NCBI GenBank assembly: GCA_021840255.1
Contig: JAKBYX010000002.1
Coordinates: 33,325-97,324 of the forward strand
Length of the DNA: 64,000 bases
Origin: Nitrospirota bacterium
GTDB lineage: Bacteria > Nitrospirota > Thermodesulfovibrionia > Thermodesulfovibrionales > JdFR-88
Direction of reading: 5' to 3'
Positions 17,801 to 26,879 of this stretch are shown here, in pieces. The position numbers and the translations under genes are program-made. A model generated the notes under the pieces. It was not told the DNA's origin. It ran no database searches and worked only from the letters and a program-made list of their open reading frames with translations. Numbering within the stretch: the stretch's first letter is position 1; each line of letters opens with the position of its first letter.

Positions 17801-17889
17801 AAGGAGAAAAGGGAAAAATCGCCCGGAGGCCGGCAGCATTGCGCCGGAAGCGATTTTGAGATGGGTTCCAGGACGCAGCGAAGATTATC

Positions 17890-18951
17890 CTAAAGCTGGC
17901 CCGCGGCCTTTTTAAAAAGCTCATCCAGTCTGGTGGACTCCCTGGCTATTTCCCTAAGCGTCTCAGCCAGCTCCGCCCTGCCTTCCGCCTGGGCCTTTTC
18001 AGCCCATTCAAGATACGTCCTTGCGTGCTCCTCGTTGTGCTCCTTCCAGTGTTCGATAAGTACCTTTAACTTTCCTCCCGTATCGCTCATGTTCTGGTGT
18101 CCTTTCTTTCCGGGTATTGCTCCCGCTTCCTGCGGGACGGCTTTCTGGGCCCTTTCCACTTCGCCCTCCAAATGCTCATGGAAGCCAAAATGGCTGTGTT
18201 TATGCCTGAAGCCTTCATGCCGGTGCGCGTGCTCGTGTATAAGGTTCGCCTTTAAAAGAATATCATTCATTTTAAGTATTTCGGCGGAAGGGCCATCGGC
18301 CAGCACGCGGTGGTCCTCCCCGATCACAATGGAACGCTCCGAGATGTCCTCGATTATATGGAGGTCATGGGTAGCGGTGATTATCGTCTTGCCGGATTCC
18401 TTCAGCTTCATTGCGAGGTCTGCCAGCTCCACCTGGCTTCTGGGGTCCAGTCCGGAGGTGGGCTCATCCAGCAGATAGACATCCGGATTGGTAGAGAGGC
18501 AGGCGCCAAGCGCCACCTTCTTCATCTCCCCGCCGCTTAACTGCCACGGAGAACGGCTGGCCAGTGCGCCTATGCCAAGCAGCTCCATTATGTCTTCGGC
18601 CCTGCCTCTGGCCTCCTGCTCCGAAAGGCCATGCTGGAGCGGGCCGAACATGAGCTCATCCACCACGGTAAGGGAAAAGAGCTGGGCATGCGAGTTTTGG
18701 AACATCATCGCGATCTTTGCCCTTTTGGGCCCTGTAAAAGTTTTTTCACCGAAAACCTTGAGGGAACCTGCCGATGGGGTCAAAAGTCCCTGAAGTATAT
18801 AAAGCAAGGTGCTTTTCCCTGATCCGTTCGTGCCCAGTACGGTCAGCGACTCTCCAAAGGGGAGCGAAAGGTCCACGGAGTCGAGCGCCTTTTGTCCTCC
18901 CTGGTACTCAAAGGATATGTCTTCCAGCTCGAATGCAAAAGAAGAACTCAT
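17890..18951 (-). CDS. nikO: ECF transporter ATPase (NikO/CbiO) with a His-rich C-terminal extension
   Basis: Walker A GTNGSGKST, signature LSGGEMKK, Walker B YLLDEPTSGLD and the H-loop ATHD. I chose the start at MSSSFAFELEDISF (18951). The last ~115 aa are non-ABC: HEHAHRHEGFRHKHSHFGFHEH followed by a helical region. Nickel assignment is inferred from the nikR linkage. Confidence 0.85.
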   Translation of the reverse strand: MSSSFAFELEDISFEYQGGQKALDSVDLSLPFGESLTVLGTNGSGKSTLLYILQGLLTPSAGSLKVFGEKTFTGPKRAKIAMMFQNSHAQLFSLTVVDELMFGPLQHGLSEQEARGRAEDIMELLGIGALASRSPWQLSGGEMKKVALGACLSTNPDVYLLDEPTSGLDPRSQVELADLAMKLKESGKTIITATHDLHIIEDISERSIVIGEDHRVLADGPSAEILKMNDILLKANLIHEHAHRHEGFRHKHSHFGFHEHLEGEVERAQKAVPQEAGAIPGKKGHQNMSDTGGKLKVLIEHWKEHNEEHARTYLEWAEKAQAEGRAELAETLREIARESTRLDELFKKAAGQL

Positions 18952-18982
18952 ATTATGACCCCGGATATGCTCGAATGAGCGG

Positions 18983-19957
18983 TCATATAATGACCGCAGT
19001 GGCCGCCAGTAGCACGAATGCGGCATCGTGCCAGCCCAACCTGAATGCGGGCAGCCCAGGCTCTTTGATCTCATCCGCCGCCCCCCTGGCCTCCATCGCA
19101 AATTTAAGCTCCCGTCTTAACTCAAGGCTTATGATAAGAAGAGAGGCCGCCCGGGCGCCTACCCATTTTCTGTCCAGCCCGGCTTTCCACGTCCCGCCTT
19201 TACCCAAAAAATATTCCGTTCCCCTTGCCTTGCGGGCCAATATGAACTCCTCAAGCCTTCTGACGAGGAAAAACATATACCTGTAGCTCATGGAAAAGAC
19301 TGTCTTCAAAAAACCCGGTATAAAAAAGCTCACGGCCTTTACCAGTTCCGGCGGCCTGGTCGTAAAGCCGGCAAGCAAAACGATCATGAGAGAGCCCGTC
19401 ACCCTGGCCATGAGCCCCAGCGCAGACAGATATCCCTGCCTGCTTATATAGATGGAATGGCCAAACGGCCATAAAGCACACTTGAAGCGGATTATGGTGA
19501 GGACCGGCTCTCCGGGCGTGACCGCCCCAAGGCATGCGGGCAGGGCGATCACCGCGGTAAAGAGCATCCCCGGAAGCAGCCTTTTCAGATACATCCCGGC
19601 CGGTATCCGGGACAAGACGGCAAGGGCAACGCCCAGCGCGATAAAGCGGCACATGCCGGGTAAAGTATGCTCAAGGCTGAGCCCCGCCAGAAGCAAAACT
19701 ATGACAACCAGTTTTGTCCTTGGTTCCACTTTCTGAAGAAGACCCCGGCGGGAAGCCGTTTTTTCGTTAAAGAGCGCATCCTCCACGAAGGAGAGGACCG
19801 CCTTCAGTGTGCGCTCAAGCACCATGCCGGAATTCAGAAATGGGAAAAGCCTTTTCTCTCCGGAGAAAGCCATTTGGCCTTCGTTTTTCTCTTCCTTTAA
19901 AAGCCAGGCCGGCAAGGCCGTCGAAGGCGCCCTGTTATTTTTTTGTTTTTCCGCCAT
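18983..19957 (-). CDS. nikQ: ECF transporter transmembrane T component (NikQ/CbiQ)
   Basis: Multi-TM protein with EPRTKLVVIVLLL and ARGA/ARG motif regions typical of CbiQ. It lies between the N and O genes. Confidence 0.8.
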   Translation of the reverse strand: MAEKQKNNRAPSTALPAWLLKEEKNEGQMAFSGEKRLFPFLNSGMVLERTLKAVLSFVEDALFNEKTASRRGLLQKVEPRTKLVVIVLLLAGLSLEHTLPGMCRFIALGVALAVLSRIPAGMYLKRLLPGMLFTAVIALPACLGAVTPGEPVLTIIRFKCALWPFGHSIYISRQGYLSALGLMARVTGSLMIVLLAGFTTRPPELVKAVSFFIPGFLKTVFSMSYRYMFFLVRRLEEFILARKARGTEYFLGKGGTWKAGLDRKWVGARAASLLIISLELRRELKFAMEARGAADEIKEPGLPAFRLGWHDAAFVLLAATAVII

Positions 19958-20306
19958 GTTGGTCCTTATGTTTAGATATCAGTTTCCCGATCGTATAAGA
20001 AATGGCGGCCACTATCAGGATCCCGGCCAGGGCAGAGGCCAGATAACCCATGTAACCCGCCCCGTAACCTGCGGCAGGCGCCCTCCACAGGCCGTTTATC
20101 CTCTTAAGGCCCGCGGGCGCATACCCTATCGTCTTTTCAAGCTCCCTCCAGCTCCATTCCCCCCAGGCGCCTCCGGCGCCAAAAAACCTGGGCGCCCAAA
20201 GTCCAAGCGGGGTAAGAAACGCGAAGATGAGCAGCGCTACCCATAGTTTTTGTTTCTTTCGCTTTTGTTTTTGCTTTTGTTCTTGTTTTTTCCCCCGCTT
20301 CGTCAT
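19935..20306 (-). CDS. small membrane component, NikN-like (PDGLE-type domain)
   Basis: Two TM segments flank GAWGEWSWRELEKTIGYAPAGLKR. The gene sits directly after nikM. The N-terminus is MTKRGKKQEQKQKQKRKKQK. The family assignment is from memory of the motif. Confidence 0.5.
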   Translation of the reverse strand: MTKRGKKQEQKQKQKRKKQKLWVALLIFAFLTPLGLWAPRFFGAGGAWGEWSWRELEKTIGYAPAGLKRINGLWRAPAAGYGAGYMGYLASALAGILIVAAISYTIGKLISKHKDQHGGKTKK

Positions 20307-20337
20307 GGTTGCTGTTTTCCTTCCGTGCCGTAAAAAA

Positions 20338-21024
20338 TCAGAATATGAGCTCCGGGTGGGATTTAAGCAAATAAGCGAGGGCGAGCACGGTAAAGGCCAC
20401 CTCCGCGAAACCAAAGAGGGTAAGATGCCCTGCCATGAGGGCAGGGATGGTTACCTTCAGCGGGAAAGGGCTGTATAGCGGCCTGCCATCGGCTCCCTTG
20501 TCCAGGATCGGCTGTATGCCAAGTTCAAGCGCGGTAAGGAAGGCCGCCACGTTTATTCCAAAGTAGGCCCCGCATCCCGCGGCAAACAGTATCCTTTTAT
20601 TTTTGTTTTTCTTTTTCTCGATATTTTCTTTTTTCCCGGCCAAAAGCCTGTATAGGGCCCATCCGGCAAAGACCCCGGCAAAGGCCATGTTGAAGCAGTT
20701 CGCGCCATATGAGGTTATCCCGCCGTCCCCAAAAACAAGGGCCTGCACCGCCAGGGCTATGGACATGCATATGAAGGCCGCCCAGGGGCCCAGCACGACG
20801 GCCAGAAGCATCCCACCGGTGGCGTGTCCGGATGTGCCGCCCATGATGGGGACATTGAACATCATGACCACAAAGCTTGCCGCTGCCCCGAGCGCCAGCA
20901 GGGGCGCGTCGGCCGCCTTGAGAGTTTTTTTTAGCTTCCTGCCTGCCACGTACAATAGCCCCAGTGTTACCGCCCAAAAGCTTCCATACGTCTCCGGCCC
21001 CAGGTATCCGTCAGGGATGTGCAT
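20338..21024 (-). CDS. nikM: ECF substrate-capture component NikM/CbiM
   Basis: The MHIPDGYL N-terminus provides the metal-ligating Met1-His2. It has a 6-7 TM CbiM fold and contains a KKENIEKKKNKNK loop insert. Confidence 0.85.
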   Translation of the reverse strand: MHIPDGYLGPETYGSFWAVTLGLLYVAGRKLKKTLKAADAPLLALGAAASFVVMMFNVPIMGGTSGHATGGMLLAVVLGPWAAFICMSIALAVQALVFGDGGITSYGANCFNMAFAGVFAGWALYRLLAGKKENIEKKKNKNKRILFAAGCGAYFGINVAAFLTALELGIQPILDKGADGRPLYSPFPLKVTIPALMAGHLTLFGFAEVAFTVLALAYLLKSHPELIF

Positions 21025-21081
21025 CTGATTTTTTTATCTTTAAAAAAATAAAAAAGTCTTTTGTTTTTTTTGTCCCGGTCT

Positions 21082-21498
21082 TCATTCCAGGCCCTTCCCG
21101 GTGGTTGTTATCGCCAGCTTGCCGTGCTTAACCCCTCTTGTGCCTATGAGCCTGTCCGAGATCGCCCGGAGGTCTCCGGCGGGTCCTTTAAGGACTATCA
21201 CCTCCAGGCAGTTGTGCGCGTCCAGGTGAACATGCATGCTGGAGAGTATCTCCTTGTGGAACTTGTGCTGCAGATCGGTAAGAGTGTTGGCCAGCTCCCG
21301 CGTATGGTGGTCATAAACGAGCGTCACGCTTGCCACCGCTTCCCGCGTCCCTTCCTCCCACTGCTTTTTAACAAGCTCCTCTCTGATCAGGTCGCGGATG
21401 GCCTCGCTCCGGCTTGGATACCCCTTGCCCTCGATAAGCTCATCGAAGTTCTTTAAAAGACCGTCCTCAAGAGAGATGCCAAACCTGGTTATTCCCAT
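21082..21498 (-). CDS. nikR: nickel-responsive regulator NikR
   Basis: Ribbon-helix-helix N-terminus ([35 protein letters not shown]). C-terminal metal site pattern HH..(x)..[17 protein letters not shown]. Confidence 0.9.
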   Translation of the reverse strand: MGITRFGISLEDGLLKNFDELIEGKGYPSRSEAIRDLIREELVKKQWEEGTREAVASVTLVYDHHTRELANTLTDLQHKFHKEILSSMHVHLDAHNCLEVIVLKGPAGDLRAISDRLIGTRGVKHGKLAITTTGKGLE

Positions 21499-21575
21499 TT
21501 AGTGTTATTATTTTCAAAAAAGTGCGAAAAGTCAAGCTAAGGGAAATTGCAAAAGAGCCAACACATTTCGGGAAT

Positions 21576-21604
21576 TTGACATTCATTACCGCTTCTGATT
21601 AAAT
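21576..21604 (+). promoter_or_regulatory. candidate sigma70 promoter for the riboswitch-cbiMN transcript
   Basis: TTGACA (21576-21581), 17-nt spacer, TTAAAT (21599-21604), just upstream of the riboswitch. Confidence 0.4.
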
Positions 21605-21611
21605 GTACGCA

Positions 21612-21778
21612 GACTTACAGGTGCCCTGACGGGCATAAGAGGGAATCCCGTGGAAATCGGGAGCGGTCCCGCCGCTGTAACCGGGGACGAACCTTCAAGT
21701 TAACCACTGTGCTTTTTAAGGGGCATGGGAAGGTGAAGGTAAGGATGAACCGGGAGCCAGAAGACCTGCCTGGAAGTC
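21612..21778 (+). promoter_or_regulatory. cobalamin (B12) riboswitch
   Basis: Conserved core strings: GGTGCC..., AAGAGGGAATCCCGTGGAAATCGGGAGCGGTCCCGCCGCTGTAA, B12-box-like AACCACTG, GGGAAGG, and GAGCCAGAAGACCTGCC. It sits upstream of cbiM. The boundaries are approximate. Confidence 0.85.
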
Positions 21779-21875
21779 ACAGCCTTGAAGACATGTCTTC
21801 TTGTCTTTATGAGAAGCGCGGGCGTGGAAAACCCGTTTCAAGGATGAATTTTCGGGGATGAAGCAAACTGGGTGC

Positions 21876-21915
21876 AATCCCGATGAGCCTAAACGCTCAT
21901 CGGGATTTTTTATTT
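21876..21915 (+). terminator. rho-independent terminator (riboswitch expression platform)
   Basis: A 13-bp perfect stem, AATCCCGATGAGC (21876-21888) with GCTCATCGGGATT (21895-21907), a 6-nt loop, then TTTTTTATTTT. Confidence 0.7.
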
Positions 21916-22015
21916 TGATCAGTCAGGATTTGAAAGAATACCTTGCACTGGTTTGAGAAAAATTAAAAAACAGCTTGAGGATTCTTAACAACTCAATTTT
22001 TCAAAGGAGGTATTT

Positions 22016-22726
22016 ATGCACATCGAAGATGGAATCCTGCCGCCAAGGGCGTGGGGATTCTGGTACGGGGTTGCGATGCTTTTCATTATTCCGGGCATAA
22101 GGGAGATTAAAAGGCGGGTGCGGGAGAACCTGTCATACAAACCGTTTCTTGCCATGGTCGGGGTTGGCGTCTTTGTGATCTCGGCCATGCATCTGCCAGT
22201 CCCCGTGACTGGTTCCTGCTCGCATCCTTGCGGCACGCCGTTGGCGGCTATTATTGTTGGCCCTTTCGCCACTGCTGTGATCTCATTAATCGTTCTCTTT
22301 TTCCAGGCCATCTTTCTGGGGCATGGAGGCATTACCACCATAGGGGCCAACGATTTTTCCATGGGCATAGTGGGAGGGATTTCCGGTTACCTCTGCTGGA
22401 GGCTGATGAGGTGTTTCGATTCTCCCTTATGGCTGGCGGGCGGCATCGCCGGTTTTGTGGGTGACGTGATGACGTACCTGACATCCTCTTTCGAGCTGGC
22501 TTTGAGCCTTCACGGACATATTCCATTGCTGAAACAATGGATGATCTTCTTTGCGGGATATGGTCCCACCCAGTTGCCGTTGGCCGTTGCCGAGGCCGTT
22601 TTCACAGCCGCCGTATTGCAAGTAATGTACAATCGGCGGCCGGATTTATTGCCCGGCATCACGGGTAAAAAGTCCGGCAAAATCGGGAAAATACAGATTA
22701 GGGAGCATGAATATGAGAGCAATTGA
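22016..22726 (+). CDS. cbiM: cobalt ECF substrate-capture component CbiM
   Basis: MHIEDGILPP N-terminus, multi-TM CbiM fold, RBS AAAGGAGG 6 nt upstream, and B12 riboswitch control. Confidence 0.85.
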   Translation: MHIEDGILPPRAWGFWYGVAMLFIIPGIREIKRRVRENLSYKPFLAMVGVGVFVISAMHLPVPVTGSCSHPCGTPLAAIIVGPFATAVISLIVLFFQAIFLGHGGITTIGANDFSMGIVGGISGYLCWRLMRCFDSPLWLAGGIAGFVGDVMTYLTSSFELALSLHGHIPLLKQWMIFFAGYGPTQLPLAVAEAVFTAAVLQVMYNRRPDLLPGITGKKSGKIGKIQIREHEYESN

Positions 22727-23033
22727 AAATGGCGCAGCAGAAACCACTGCCTGGTTTGACCCATTTACGCGCTGGATGCTGATAATCATGTTCGCTATAT
22801 TGATGGCAATTTTCGCCGCCGCAAAATATATGAATATGCACAGCATGCAGGGCGGCGGCACAGACGATACGGTCAACGCCATGGCCTCACAGGCGGCCAA
22901 GGTCAAGGCCCATCCTTTCGTCAATCTGCCCGGGGACGCCCAAGTCGGCGCCTTTTCAGTGGCTAACTTCTTCGCCGGCATGATCGTGGGTCATAACTGG
23001 AAGAGGCTGTTTGAGCGGGAAAAGGTGGATTAA
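22707..23033 (+). CDS. cbiN: CbiN-like small membrane component
   Basis: Two TM segments flank GGGTDDTVNAMA...HPFVNLPGDAQVGAFSVANFFAG, which resembles the CbiN pattern (GGSDG..A......P.F.PL..P.SGEIESLLF). It overlaps the cbiM end by 20 nt. Confidence 0.65.
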   Translation: MNMRAIENGAAETTAWFDPFTRWMLIIMFAILMAIFAAAKYMNMHSMQGGGTDDTVNAMASQAAKVKAHPFVNLPGDAQVGAFSVANFFAGMIVGHNWKRLFEREKVD

Positions 23034-23103
23034 TGTGCAATATGCAGCATTTAACCGGTCTCCAGGCACAACTTGCGTTCACGAAAAAGGAAAACGGCAC
23101 TGA

Positions 23104-23367
23104 ATGAACTACAAGTATTTCGTGCATAGGGACTGCAGTTTTTTCCCGTGCCATGATCTTGCGGAATGGAGATCTTGCCTTTTTTGCTGGTGCCCGCTAT
23201 ACCTACTGGACTGCGGAGGAGACTTCACCTTTAAAACAGGGATAAAAGACTGCTCAAACTGCACTATCCCTCATACCGAAGAAGGATATGATTACGTTCT
23301 TCAAATTATAAACGGCATGAGGCAGGAAATTATCGAGATGCTTTCAATTAACAACGGAAAGGAATAG
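23104..23367 (+). CDS. Cys-rich small-domain protein (cobalamin-context 'cysteine-rich small domain' family)
   Basis: 87 aa with 8 Cys: RDCSFFPCH...RSCLFCWCPLY...DCGGDF....KDCSNCTIPH. I recall this pattern from the zf-like domain found with corrinoid genes. Confidence 0.6.
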   Translation: MNYKYFVHRDCSFFPCHDLAEWRSCLFCWCPLYLLDCGGDFTFKTGIKDCSNCTIPHTEEGYDYVLQIINGMRQEIIEMLSINNGKE

Positions 23368-23371
23368 ATCC

Positions 23372-24136
23372 ATGGCAAGATTCTATAAAAACCTGTGGGC
23401 CTTCTTTTTTCTCGCCGGTTTCTTTCTGCTCCCGGTGCGGGCCTACGCCACGCATCCTCTTATAACGGATGACGCCTTCACTCAGGGCACGGGCAATAAA
23501 GAGACGGAGTTCGACATGGAATACTCGATGAATGAGGACGGGCAGACCAGGCAAGAGGTTTATCAGCTCAAGTCCATAATCTCTTACGGCGTCTCCAAAA
23601 ATGCGGATTTTGTCCTTACTGTGCCCTATTGGTTCCTTCATGAAGCCGGGCAGGAAGCCGATGGCCTTTCGGATGTGACTTTTGAGTACAAATACCGGTT
23701 TTATGGGGAAAGCCATTTTCTGATCGCCCTGAAGCCCGGCATTTCCATTCCCACGGGGCATGCCGGCCTCGGCCTTGGGGCGGGAAGACCTAATTACTGG
23801 ATCACACTGATAAGCACGCTAGAGGCAAAACCAAATTTACTCTTCCACGCTAACGCGCAATTCATTTACCAGCCAAACACTTCCGGATATATAGAGAAGA
23901 CTTTCAATCTCACCCTGGCCACGGCATATGGATTTACGAAAAAAATGAGACTGGTTGGCAACATAGGAACAAGCAACAACCCCGGCACGGTCAGTCTTAC
24001 TCCTAAAAATTTCATCCTTGCCGGACTGGTGTATTCCCCTACCGGAAGTTTTGACGTCGACGGGGGAATAAAAGCGGGATTCAACCGGCCCGGAGCCAAT
24101 TACGGACTGCTATTCGGTCTAACCAAGAGATTTTAG
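23372..24136 (+). CDS. small outer-membrane beta-barrel protein (MetA-pathway/'transporter' OMP family-like)
   Basis: Signal peptide ...LLPVRAYA|THPLITDDA, alternating beta-strand pattern and a C-terminal aromatic residue (..LTKRF). The N-terminal HPLxTDDA motif is as in that OMP family. Confidence 0.65.
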   Translation: MARFYKNLWAFFFLAGFFLLPVRAYATHPLITDDAFTQGTGNKETEFDMEYSMNEDGQTRQEVYQLKSIISYGVSKNADFVLTVPYWFLHEAGQEADGLSDVTFEYKYRFYGESHFLIALKPGISIPTGHAGLGLGAGRPNYWITLISTLEAKPNLLFHANAQFIYQPNTSGYIEKTFNLTLATAYGFTKKMRLVGNIGTSNNPGTVSLTPKNFILAGLVYSPTGSFDVDGGIKAGFNRPGANYGLLFGLTKRF

Positions 24137-24205
24137 ATGACTTGCTGAAGAACCCGGCGTCCATTTCCCGTTCCGGGTCGCAGAAGGCCTTAGGGCAAGC
24201 CTTTT

Positions 24206-24670
24206 TTAAGCCTTGCTCTTGCCCTCAAAGAGGTTTTTAACCTCCTGCATGAGTTCTCCAATGTCCTTGAAATGGCGGTAGACGGAGGCGAACCTTACAT
24301 ATGCCACCATATCCAGGCCCTTGAGGGCGTTCATTACTTCCTCGCCTATAAGCGAGCTGGGGGTTTCTTTTACACCAAGCGCCAGCACTTTTCTTTCTAT
24401 GGAATTCACGGCGTCTTCCATCTGCTGGGTGGAGACGGGCCTTTTGCCGCAGGCCATTTTAAGCCCGTGCAATATCTTATGCCGCTCGAAGGGCTCCCGC
24501 CTGCCGTCTTTCTTCACGATAAGGGGCATCACCTCTTCTATGCGTTCGTAGGAGGTAAAGCGCCGCTCGCACCCCAGGCATTCCCGGCGGCGGCGTATCA
24601 GGTCTCCGTCCTTGCTTGTTCTGGAGTCTATTACCTTGTCTTCAAGATGGCCGCAAAAGGGACATTTCAT
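24206..24670 (-). CDS. nrdR: transcriptional repressor NrdR
   Basis: [17 protein letters not shown] zinc ribbon followed by an ATP-cone. Confidence 0.9.
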   Translation of the reverse strand: MKCPFCGHLEDKVIDSRTSKDGDLIRRRRECLGCERRFTSYERIEEVMPLIVKKDGRREPFERHKILHGLKMACGKRPVSTQQMEDAVNSIERKVLALGVKETPSSLIGEEVMNALKGLDMVAYVRFASVYRHFKDIGELMQEVKNLFEGKSKA

Positions 24671-24766
24671 CTCAATAAAAGTGAAAAACCGGTCAATAAA
24701 GTGAAAAATCGGCGAAATACAAATACCGTTTTATCTATCATAAGGTCATCATAGGCCGGTGGAACG

Positions 24767-26005
24767 CTAATAAACGGGAAAACGCCTCGTCAGCTCCCCG
24801 ACCTTGCCGCTTATCTCCCTGAGCCTGGAATCGTCCTGCCTGTTCTGGAGCGCTTCGTCGATATACTGGGCGATGAGGCGCATCTCGGCATCTTCCATTC
24901 CCCGGGTGGTTACGCAGGGTGTGCCTATGCGTATGCCGCTCGTGATAGTGGCCGGGCGCGGGTCGAACGGAATTGCGTTTTTGTTAAGCGAAATGCCTGC
25001 TTTGTCCAGGGCCGCTTCGGCTTCCTGGCCGGTTATCCCCTTGTTGTTCAGATCAATAAGCATAAGGTGGTTGTCCGTGCCGCCCGAAACCAGGTTGAAC
25101 CCTTTCATCATGAGCTCTCCGGCAAGGGTCTTCGCGTTTTTGATTATCTTTTGCTGATAGACCCTGAAATCCTCCCGCAGGGCCTCCTTCAGCGCAACCG
25201 CCTTTGCGGCTATCACATGCACCAGGGGGCCTCCCTGTATGCCTGGGAATATCATTTTATCTATTGCCTTTGCGTGCTCCTGCCTGCACATGATGAGCCC
25301 GCCGCGGGGCCCGCGCAGCGTTTTGTGGGTGGTGGAGGTGACGAAATCGGCATGCGGCACCGGGGAAGGGTGCAGCCCCGCCGCCACCAGCCCTGCAATG
25401 TGGGCGATATCGGCCACCAGGTAGGCGCCAACCTCGCGCGCTATGCGTCCAAAGGCCTCGAAATCTATGATCCTTGGATAGGCGCTCGCCCCCACAAGGA
25501 TGACCTTCGGCTTATGCTCCAGCGCAAGCCTGTGCACTTCTTCGTAATCTATGCGCCCCGTCTCCCGGTCCAGCCCGTAGGCCACGCGTTTGTAAAGCAT
25601 TCCGGAGAAATTGGCCGTCGCGCCGTGGCTCAAGTGGCCGCCGTGGCTCAGGCTCATGCCCATTATTGTGTCTCCGGGCTTCACGAAGGCAAAATATACG
25701 GCCATGTTGGCCTGGGTGCCGGAATGGGGTTGGATATTCACATGCTCGGCCCCGAAAAGCTCCTTTGCCCTCTCTATTGCGAGCCTCTCCACGATGTCCG
25801 CGTATTCGCAGCCCCCGTAGTATCTTTTGCCCGGATAGCCCTCCGCATATTTATTCGTGAAAACGGACCCCTGGGCCTCCATTACCGCCGGGCTTGCGTA
25901 ATTTTCCGAGGCTATAAGGAGGAGCTTGTCCTTCTCCCTCGCGGTTTCTTTCTCTATCGCGTCAAATATCTCGGGGTCGGTTGCTTTAAGGCTGTCTCGG
26001 TTCAT
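24767..26005 (-). CDS. glyA: serine hydroxymethyltransferase
   Basis: [19 protein letters not shown] and the [17 protein letters not shown]-lysine motif. Confidence 0.95.
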   Translation of the reverse strand: MNRDSLKATDPEIFDAIEKETAREKDKLLLIASENYASPAVMEAQGSVFTNKYAEGYPGKRYYGGCEYADIVERLAIERAKELFGAEHVNIQPHSGTQANMAVYFAFVKPGDTIMGMSLSHGGHLSHGATANFSGMLYKRVAYGLDRETGRIDYEEVHRLALEHKPKVILVGASAYPRIIDFEAFGRIAREVGAYLVADIAHIAGLVAAGLHPSPVPHADFVTSTTHKTLRGPRGGLIMCRQEHAKAIDKMIFPGIQGGPLVHVIAAKAVALKEALREDFRVYQQKIIKNAKTLAGELMMKGFNLVSGGTDNHLMLIDLNNKGITGQEAEAALDKAGISLNKNAIPFDPRPATITSGIRIGTPCVTTRGMEDAEMRLIAQYIDEALQNRQDDSRLREISGKVGELTRRFPVY

Positions 26006-26456
26006 CTTGTGAGGTCTTCTCCTCTATGGTCGTTATCTTCATTAGCCTTCCGGCGTGCCTGCCCCCTTCAAATTCCGTATCGAGCCACACGCCCAGGACC
26101 TCGCGTGCCATGACAGACCCGATCATTCTGCCGCCAAGGACGAGTATATTGGAGTCGTTGTGCTGGCGGCTGAGCCTGGCGCTCAGGGGTTCCGAGCACA
26201 GGGCCGCCCTTATGCCCTGGAACTTGTTTGCCACTATGCTCATCCCTATACCCGTTCCGCAGATGAGGACACCCCGGTCCGCCTGGCCCCCGGACACCAG
26301 GAGCGATACCTTCTCCCCGTAATCCGGGTAATCGACAGAGGAGGCGGAGCCGTCCGGCCCCACGTCTATCAGGTTTATTCCTTTGTCCTTAAGAAACGCC
26401 GCAAGCTCTCTTTTAAGATCGGCTCCGGCGTGGTCGGAACCAATGGCTATCAACAT
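25986..26456 (-). CDS. rpiB: ribose-5-phosphate isomerase B
   Basis: [29 protein letters not shown] and NILVLGGR motifs. Confidence 0.9.
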   Translation of the reverse strand: MLIAIGSDHAGADLKRELAAFLKDKGINLIDVGPDGSASSVDYPDYGEKVSLLVSGGQADRGVLICGTGIGMSIVANKFQGIRAALCSEPLSARLSRQHNDSNILVLGGRMIGSVMAREVLGVWLDTEFEGGRHAGRLMKITTIEEKTSQDEPRQP

Positions 26457-26849
26457 GGTCTGTTATGATAAATAAGTTTAAAACCAGTAGTCAAGAAATG
26501 AACCGCGATCAAATAAGAAAGTCCTCACATTCGATGCCCGGCGGGCATAAAATGGATGCCCCGCCTCAGTTTTTAGGTTCTTTCAGAGTTTTATGTGGGG
26601 GGCGGACGGCATTCGCTCCTCTAAGCGCCGTCTCCCCCTGATTGCCCGCATATCGTATATACCGCGCCGGATCTTCCGGGTGCCGCTGTTTTATGTGACG
26701 CGCCCGCAGCCGCCCGCCGCGCTCATACCATCCCCCCCCACTTTGGTTTTCCCGTGGTTTTTGCCCTGGGTTTCACGAACACATTGGGTTAAGCACCATA
26801 CATTTATACATTGATGGCGGGTAGGAGGGAAAATAAAATTCCCATCTGT

Positions 26850-26879
26850 TTGACAAAGGGGACGGGCAAATTTTATATT
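26850..26879 (+). promoter_or_regulatory. candidate sigma70 promoter for the glutamate synthase operon
   Basis: TTGACA (26850-26855), 18-nt spacer, TATATT (26874-26879). The RBS AAGAGG lies before the ATG at 26930. Confidence 0.4.

Noticed and set aside
21499-21575. Search for a NikR operator (GTATGA-N16-TCATAC-like palindrome) upstream of nikR and between nikR and nikM (21025-21081)
   Set aside because: No convincing inverted repeat is present in either spacer. NikR operators vary between phyla, so absence of the E. coli-type box is uninformative and I make no call.
25067-26113. 348-aa plus-strand ORF. Similar cases are 15257-16213(-), 34808-35554(-), 11751-12497(-), 29056-30072(-) and 6647-7276(-).
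   Set aside because: All are antisense to strongly supported genes (glyA, the MFS transporter, prfA, rmuC/DUF167/rluD, the glutamate synthase genes and tldD). They have biased, low-complexity composition, so they are shadow ORFs.
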